Part shown: positions 56,927 through 64,000 of the stretch, in pieces
Layout: each line of letters begins with the position of its first letter
How positions within the stretch are numbered: position 1 is the first letter of the stretch
Position numbers and translations under genes: made by a program
Source: Oikopleura dioica
Lineage: Eukaryota; Animalia; Chordata
DNA: 64,000 nucleotides
NCBI GenBank assembly: GCA_907165135.1
Contig: OU015569.1
Span: 10,044,001 to 10,108,000 of the forward strand
Direction of reading: 5' to 3'
The notes under the pieces: generated by a model
Told to the model about the DNA's origin: nothing
Databases searched by the model: none
The model's input: the letters and a program-made list of their open reading frames with translations, nothing else

Positions 56927-58188
56927 TTAGAACCGAGCGATGGTAGTATAATTGAAGAATGTAGTGCAGTCTGTCATCTTGTGTTCGACCAAAATGTCGG
57001 AAACACGCTGGATAACATTGAGAATTTTTTCAGTTTGTTCTGGATTAAACAGTTTCGTAAGTGAAGGATGGACGTGGTGCTCGCGGTGAAAGTCGCCTTC
57101 CAAATTTTCGAAGATACAGTCGATTCGATAAGGAGGGAATCTGAGAAATTCAAGCATCTCGGAGACGCTTTTCTTCGGATCCTCGACTAGTTTTTCAAAG
57201 CAGATTGTTTTGAAGGGGCCTTTGTACTCGTGAAACCAGTCCGTGAAAAAGGCTAGATACTCGCGTGTTGAAAGAGCGACGAAATCGTTCCATTCTTAAT
57301 CAGTTTTTCAGTTTTGAGCAGCTAGAAAGCTAAAAACCTTCGAGTTTATAAGCCGATGTGTCAACTTCTGCTGTCTTCGAAGCAACTTCGCGGTTGAACT
57401 CAGCAATGAAAGCGTAGAATGGATTTCGTATCACCATCAGTATTTTGCTGTAGGCACACTTTTTCATTGTATGCTAAACAAAATTTATTCGATAGAAGAT
57501 GTGAATATTTTACCCAACGATGAGTTTTTACAGCAATAGTCTGCCCGCTGTTGCAGTCCAAATCTTCAGCGAGCCAGCCGGCTTTCTTCAGTTTTGCGCT
57601 GCTTTTCGCATTTCCCGTCCAGATCCCTGTTGACATGTGCAGCAAATGTCTAGACCATGTGTTTCCGGAACCAGGAAAGCTCGTCAGTGCTAACCAAACG
57701 ATGAGAAATAGACGAAGTTACCGATAGAAAAACTTACCTGTGATGGGTTTAGGAGTTTCGAATAATTTTAGGTCATCGTTGCAAGTAGTAAGGTCGAAGT
57801 TTTCTTCATTCTGTACGATGAACTCTCCGGAAACAGGCTCGGAAATTTGAATAGGAATATTTTGAGTCAGCTGTTGTGGCAGTTGACTAAGGATATCATT
57901 AATTATCTTGCTTGAAATGGGTTTTTACCTTTCCATTATTTCACCAACAAAATTATCCGACGAGTTGAGTCCTTCCCTTGGAATCTGAACAAATCCTCTG
58001 GAATTATCAACGAGTAGCTCTTCGACGACCGTCTTTATCTCTCCAACAACGTGATTTCTAACTGTCTTCGACTTCTTTATTTCGTGCTCAATAACCATGT
58101 TCCGCGCCTGCAGCATTATCAGAACAACCAAAATGACAGAAATAGCGTTTTGCATCGGACTTGACGTAAAGTTCCGCGTGGTCGACAT
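56927..58188 (-). CDS. WSCD1/2-like type II membrane sulfotransferase, multi-exon
   Basis: N-terminal anchor AISVILVVLIML. 5'-PSB motif ALTSFPGSGNTWSRHLL...TG, IAVKTH and 3'-PB motif MVIRNPFYAFIAEFNR. Confidence 0.75.
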
Positions 58189-58717
58189 ATTTTATATACT
58201 TTTCGCTTTTTTCGTCTTCGCTTGTATTTTCCGGTTATTACAAAATTTGATCATCGATTGCTTTTTTAAAATTTCTCTTCATGCATTTTAAAAATCGTAT
58301 TTTTTTACGGCGAAAAAGGTTGAGGCATGTTGCGGTCTGAGGGTACAAGTCTTGCCGCGGGCAATTTCAGCCCTTCTTATTGTGAAAGGAAATCCTTATA
58401 GTCGGTATGCGAAACGAATCGATCTTGCTATTTCTCCCCTTTCGAGTCCCTAATCTTATCATTTCATGTTCTAACTCGACAGCTGGGTTAATCTACGACA
58501 AGATAAGCTAGTTTCAATTTCATTCCACCGAAGGTCGTGTTATTTACAGTCGATTTAAAGTCAAAGTGGCACATCAAAATTTTCACAGTTTCGCAAGTAG
58601 GTAAACTAAGAAGCATAAACTAGGTAAATCAGCATAAGGGTAGAAGTGAAGTTAGGGTTTGTTTTCGCAATCGCTTGTTTTTCGTTATCTAGTTTTCGTT
58701 TCAGATGCGCGGCTTTT

Positions 58718-61700
58718 CTAACTGCTGTTGCCGGAGTCGCCGCTCTTTTTCCTCAGAGGATTTCCTCGAAAGGCTGCCTGAATGTTTTGATTTCGCTCCT
58801 TTTAGAAAGATGAAATTATAACCTGGATCTTGAGCGCTGCGTCTTCCGTTGCTGGATCGTCGAGATCTATATCGATCTCCTCCTGAAAACGTTAGTTTTT
58901 ACAAGTTTTCTTGGCAACGCACCTGTGGAGGATCCTGGGTTCCAGTTGGCGAGCCTTTCAGGGCTTGAGCGTGTTTAGGCCTTTCGTCGCATTCTTCTAT
59001 CATTCTAGAGGTCGGCGATTAGAAAGAGGACCCGAGTCAATTAAGGAAATCTGTTATTTCTACTCACATATACAATTTACAATATTCAGCACAACAAATG
59101 TTTCCGGGGAAAGCATTAGTCATTTAAACTTTTCGTATAAAAAAGAACACGGTGAATTAACATCGCAGCGCACACAGAAAACGGGCCGCGCTATCCGAGC
59201 GGGTTAAATCCTGGGCCTTACCGGTTAACCCGATCAAGCAAAATAGCGCCTCCCGTGGCTAGCCATTGAGTGCACAACGAGGGTTAATTTCGAAAGGATT
59301 ATGGCATGCACAGTCGACTTTGCGTGCAGAAAGAAAATAAAAATATTAAGAAAGAAGTAAAGTAAAAATAGAAGAAGTTATCATATCGTGTGGAAATGTA
59401 ATGAACTGGAGCAATGTTGTATCTTATTCAATAATGTAATTTACATCGGGTCGTTTTTTCTGATCATAAAACAATAAGAAAGGTTGCTTATGGTAGGAAG
59501 GAAAAAGTGAAATTGGCTTTATAGACGACTAAAATAATCTAGCTCAAATTCTAACATGTCTTTGATACTAGAATCGGGATTATTTAATTATTAAGAGCTC
59601 TTGGGATATTGGGGATTTCGAGTGAATCATTAATTTTCTTTCTCTGATGAGACTTCTGTTGGCTCAGGTGACTTTGGCTTCTCTTCTGCGGGACTGGAAG
59701 CATTGTCGGGGACCTCTTCTGATTTTGACTCTTCAGTTGGCTCATTTTCTGGCGCTTTTGGCTCCTCTGATTTCACTACAGCGGGCTCTGGTGACTTAGC
59801 AGGAGTTTCTTCTTTTTCTGTTTCCTCAGATTTGGGCTCATCAGGCTTCGCTTCCTCACTTTTTGGTTCTTCTGCAGCAGGTTCCGTCTCTGCTGGGACA
59901 GGAGATTTAGAAGTGGAAGAATCTTCCTGTGTGTTGTGTGCTGGAGTTTCAGTTTTTTCTGGTGCAACTTTTTTCTCTTCAGCAATGTTAGATGCTTCTT
60001 CGACTACTGCAACGGGAGATTCTTCATTGACTGGTTCTGCGACGGGAGTTTCCTTTGTGGGTGTTTCAGTTTCTTCCTTCTGCTCTTCCTTTTCAGTAAC
60101 TTGGGCTTCTTCAGCTGGGGCACTTTCTTCAGGGGTAGGGGTAGCAACTTTTCGTTCGGCTTCTAGCTCTTCTTTTGCGTCTTTTTTTTCTTGCGATTCT
60201 TCATCAGGAGTTGGTGTGGCTGGGGCGGGAGTAGTCACCCGCTCAATGACTTCCTCAACAAGATCAGCTGCATCCTTTTCTTCGGTAGCAGAAACAGCTG
60301 TAGGAGCGTCATTTTCAGAAGTTGTTTCTTTTGAATCTGACACTGCTTCTTCGCTTGGTTCCGCGCTCGGCTCGGATGGCTTAGCTTCCTCTTCCTCCTT
60401 AGCATTTGTCTTTTCGTCGGAGGCTTCGACGGCATCCTTTACAGATTCGGCCGACTCTTCCTTCTTTTCCTGGCTATTAAAAATTTACAACATTGTTTAA
60501 CACATCGAATCATGCTATATATTTATATAACTTGAGTATATCTTCAATTTTGAATGCGTGATTTCCGACAATTAATATTAGGACTGATTAGAATTTTCAG
60601 CACAAACCTTTGGCCCATCTCCGCTCGAACTTGATGACCTCGGAAGGCAGCCTAGAATGTAAGTAAGTTCACTGCAAGAAATGGATTCCCTACTTGAATC
60701 TTGGTGGCGGCTTCTTCGGTGGCTGGGTCATTCAGGTCAATATCAATCTCTTCTTCCGCTGGTGCAGGTTTTTCTTCTTCTGCTGGTTGTTGATCAGCCT
60801 CAGCTTTCTCCGACTCGACAGTAGGTTTTTCTTCGGAAGGAACTTCATCTTCGTCTTTAGAACCTTTGAGTTCTTGTCGCGTTTGGTGACCCCTTAAATA
60901 CAAAAGTATAACTTAAAACAGATTGAATTGCGAAAGCACCTGAACGCAGATTGAATTTTCACTGCTGCTTCTTCTGTTTTAGGGTCGTTTAGATCGATGT
61001 CGATTTCTTCTTCTTGTGGCTTTTCTTCGACATTTTCTTCCTAAAAAATATTCAACTAGTGTGCTCTACAGAGGGTAGCACAAACATTTCGCCCTATGAA
61101 TTGCCTTTTTTCCCAGAATAACTGGTGCGGGGTTCTCAATCGACAATTGTTTAATTTAATCATTCTCTTTTTTTTAATAATTATCGCAGAAATCACTTCT
61201 ATAAAGTTAAACCACCGCCTTAACATCCTTAAATTGTTGCTTTAACTTTGTTCTTTAGTAGGGATCGTTTAAAAGTTCGTTATCAAAATCGATTTTTTCT
61301 AATTTAAAATGAGATCCAAACTAGAAATAGAGGACTCGAGTTCGTAATCAGACTTCCAGTGACCATTCACCCAGCCGCCCGTCATTTTCTCTGTCAGTTA
61401 AAAAAGTGCTATATGTAAAAAGATGTGTCGATTTTTTTTCTCTCGGTTCTAGCGCTGCGGCCGGTATATGATCAAGTGTGAGAGGGAGTGATGGAAAATT
61501 AAAGATTACCTGGTTTGGAACGGCCTCAACGATTTGCTGATCCTTGCTCTCGTCCCCTGGAGACGTCTCTTCGCTATTCATGTCTCTGAATTGCAATTTG
61601 TTAATTATTTAATCATTTTTAGAAGAACATCCCGGGTAAGAGAGAGTTCAAGTTTTTTATTAATAGTAATTTGCACTCGCAACAAGGAGGAGTATTTACG

Positions 61701-63656
61701 GGGCGTAGAGGAAGAGTATTCATCTAACCAGGCTACTCTGACAAAAATGGCGCAGAGCGAGATTCGAGAGATGAGATTTGAGATGATTGAGAGCTAATTG
61801 AAATTCAAGTGGACTAAATAAGCGCGTCCATCACTTCCTCCAAGTCAGAGCTCGATTTCGATGATCGTTGAAAAATGAAAATTTTGCGAACGATGAACAT
61901 TTTATTTCATCGATTTTTGCATTCTTTGATTTTGAAAAATAAAATTCTTGCAAATTCACGGGAGTCACTTAATAGCGCCGCCTTGCGCCGCCTAGCGCCG
62001 CCTTGTGCCGCCTTGCGCCGCCTTGCGCCGCCCTGCGCCGCCCAGTCCTGCTTAAAATTTTCTTTCTCGAAGATTTTCGGCGTTTCAATGATGATTATTT
62101 TCTGTTTTCTTATCGAAACGTTTATTCTCGTATATTTAAATAGTCTGACCACCAGAAGAAAGAAAACTAATAATTGAGGGTGTGATTAGCGGGAGTCTAA
62201 ATTATCTCCATATTTTGGCATAAAATCATCAATTTATTAAGCACGCGACGGGCCAGAGGCCCTTACGCGCGCATTTTCTTGTAGAGAACTCATGGGGTTG
62301 GCGGGGCCCAACTCTCGCTCTTGTTCCGATCATTTAGTTTGGTCAGGATTTGGTCAGACGAGACCCGGTTTGTACCGAACCGGGCGGCGCAGGGCGGCGC
62401 AAGGCGGCGCAAGGCGGCGCAAGGCGGCGCTATTCAATACCCCCCAAATTCACTGCAATCAAAGTCAAAAGCGATTTTCATTAAATTCAAAAGAAAATTT
62501 ATAAACTAAATCCAACCTTGTAGATCGTCTTTGCCTTGGAAAATTAGAAAATAAATTTTGTTCTTTTTTCTAAGAAATAAACTCACTTTCTGACTTGGTG
62601 TCCTCTGAATGCAGCTTGGATCTTGACGGCGGCGTCTTCGGTGGCTGGATCATTGAGATCAATATCTGCAAGCTGTTGAGTTTGTTTGAGTGAAAGGAAA
62701 TCTACCTGCTACTTCATCGGAAGCTTGCGTCGCAGTGTCAGGCCCCTCAGTTGTGTTCGTCGTTTGGCTTTCGGTGACGCTTTCGGCCGGAGCAGGCGAA
62801 GCAGCGCTAATTCAAAAAAGAGTTATCAAACTGTTCTCTGAATAACCCGTTCGTACCTCGGTTGAACTGGTGATTTGGATTTTGACGCTCCGCTGCCCAT
62901 GTCTTGCTAAACAGGATTTGGTAAAAACTGTAAGCGAAACGTTAATTTACTGAAAAATTAGCAAAAGTGATGCCACTCTCTTGTGAGAAAACGCGCGAAA
63001 ACGTGTGAAAAAAGCCGGCTGCGAACGAAGTTCAATAACAAAAAGAAACACAAGCCGGAAAATCAATTAATAAAATCAAGCCCTATTCACTTATGATTAG
63101 GAGAGTCTTTTTTCTCAACTGTAAATGAATGCGAAATTGGAAATGAGTAAATGAGAGATCGTAAAAATCGAAAATTTAAAAGTGGCGCAAAACAGTCATT
63201 TTTAATACCTCTGAGGAGGAATGAGCTCTCTGCGATTCTGGCAATGGCTTTTCAAATTTCGGGGGTAAGGTTTCTTCGTTGATCGCGGCCGAGCTGCTGA
63301 AGGGGTCGATCTGAGAGGCTGAGTGGACTTTTAGTAAAATTTACTTATTTATCTCGGCTGTACCTTCACGCTGTTTGAGGAGAGCTTGGAAGTGGGCAGC
63401 GGCGAACTTTGGCAGATCATCCGGCTTTTCGAGGAATCATCCACGGCACTAGAGAGCCTCCAATCAATCGAGAATCGACGCAAAAATACCTCCATCCCTT
63501 ACGGATAAAAAAATTAAATATCTTAAAAATTCGTAGCTAATCTTCTATTTCTCGTCGAAATGGACAACGCCGTTCCTGTTCTTTTAAGACAGCGCGCGCC
63601 AGGGATTCAAGCGCTGATGGGAGGCCTGGCGGTACTTGCAATTGACCGTGTGACAT
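58718..63656 (-). CDS. Sp17-like protein: N-terminal RIIa docking (D/D) domain, long acidic E/P/A/K linker and four DIDLxDPxTExAAxKIQxAFRG IQ modules
   Basis: MSHGQLQVPPGLPSALESLARAVLKEQ|PDDLPKFAAAHFQALLKQRE matches the RIIa D/D pattern. IQ modules lie near 62590-62667, 60890-61010, 60620-60760 and 58720-58885, with an acidic exon at ~59630-60475. Confidence 0.75.
61971..62434. repeat. Inverted-repeat element with arms built of GCGCCGCCTT decamers (intronic, MITE-like)
   Basis: 61971-62043 (7 units) is inverted relative to 62382-62434 (5 units). Termini AATAGC/GCTATT. No TSD seen. Confidence 0.75.
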
Positions 63657-64000
63657 TACGGAAGACATTTTCTAAACGCAATAATCTTTGTTAATAAAAT
63701 AAACCCGTCGCACGGTCCAAACAGTCGCGATAATAAACGAGCGCTTGATGAAAATTAAAGAGAATATAAAGATAATTATATCATTTTCTTGGGTGAAGGA
63801 AAATACAATTTTTCCTTCAAGGAATCTCTTTCCAAACCGCTAATCGTCGCCGTTAAAGTCTGTGATGCACTCTCTCTCTGTTGGTAATAAGGCTATAAAA
63901 AGTATTAGGCGCTATAAGAATGAGAAAAGGAGGAAAAAGATTCGAATGATGCGTCAAATAGAGCGATCGATCGGTCGTCAAGGGACCTTCCATGGAGCTA

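Noticed and set aside
59703-60500. 265-aa Ser-rich plus-strand ORF
   Set aside because: Antisense shadow of the Glu/Pro/Ala-rich exon of the Sp17-like gene.

Overview
This is compact animal genomic DNA with many ~40-nt spliceosomal introns and some non-canonical GA-AG introns. That pattern suggests an appendicularian tunicate such as Oikopleura (inference). The main feature is a complete, apparently young 25,291-bp Polinton/Maverick-type endogenous virus-like element at 12477-37767. It has 122-bp terminal inverted repeats (one mismatch) and a perfect 6-bp target-site duplication (TCGCAT). It encodes a protein-primed PolB, DDE integrase, packaging ATPase, adenain-like protease, major capsid protein, a probable minimal penton and a Lys-rich candidate core protein. 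Its unusual traits are: about 24 predicted host-sized introns, including 5 in pPolB and 2 in the capsid gene, with 18 of 24 in phase 1; CGTCGT termini; a long hairpin in each TIR; ATGA stop/start-coupled morphogenesis genes; a triplicated unrecognised gene family sharing a palindromic upstream motif; and an ~11-kb accessory arm (RING finger, three single-pass membrane proteins, acidic proteins, nested repeats). The host flanks contain tRNA-Lys(CTT), part of a SET-domain methyltransferase gene, a secreted Cys-containing protein, two paralogous Nav/Cav C-terminal-like domains, DNPEP, a WSCD-like sulfotransferase, an Sp17-like protein with four IQ modules, and several MITE-like elements. All gene models were read by eye, with no database searches.
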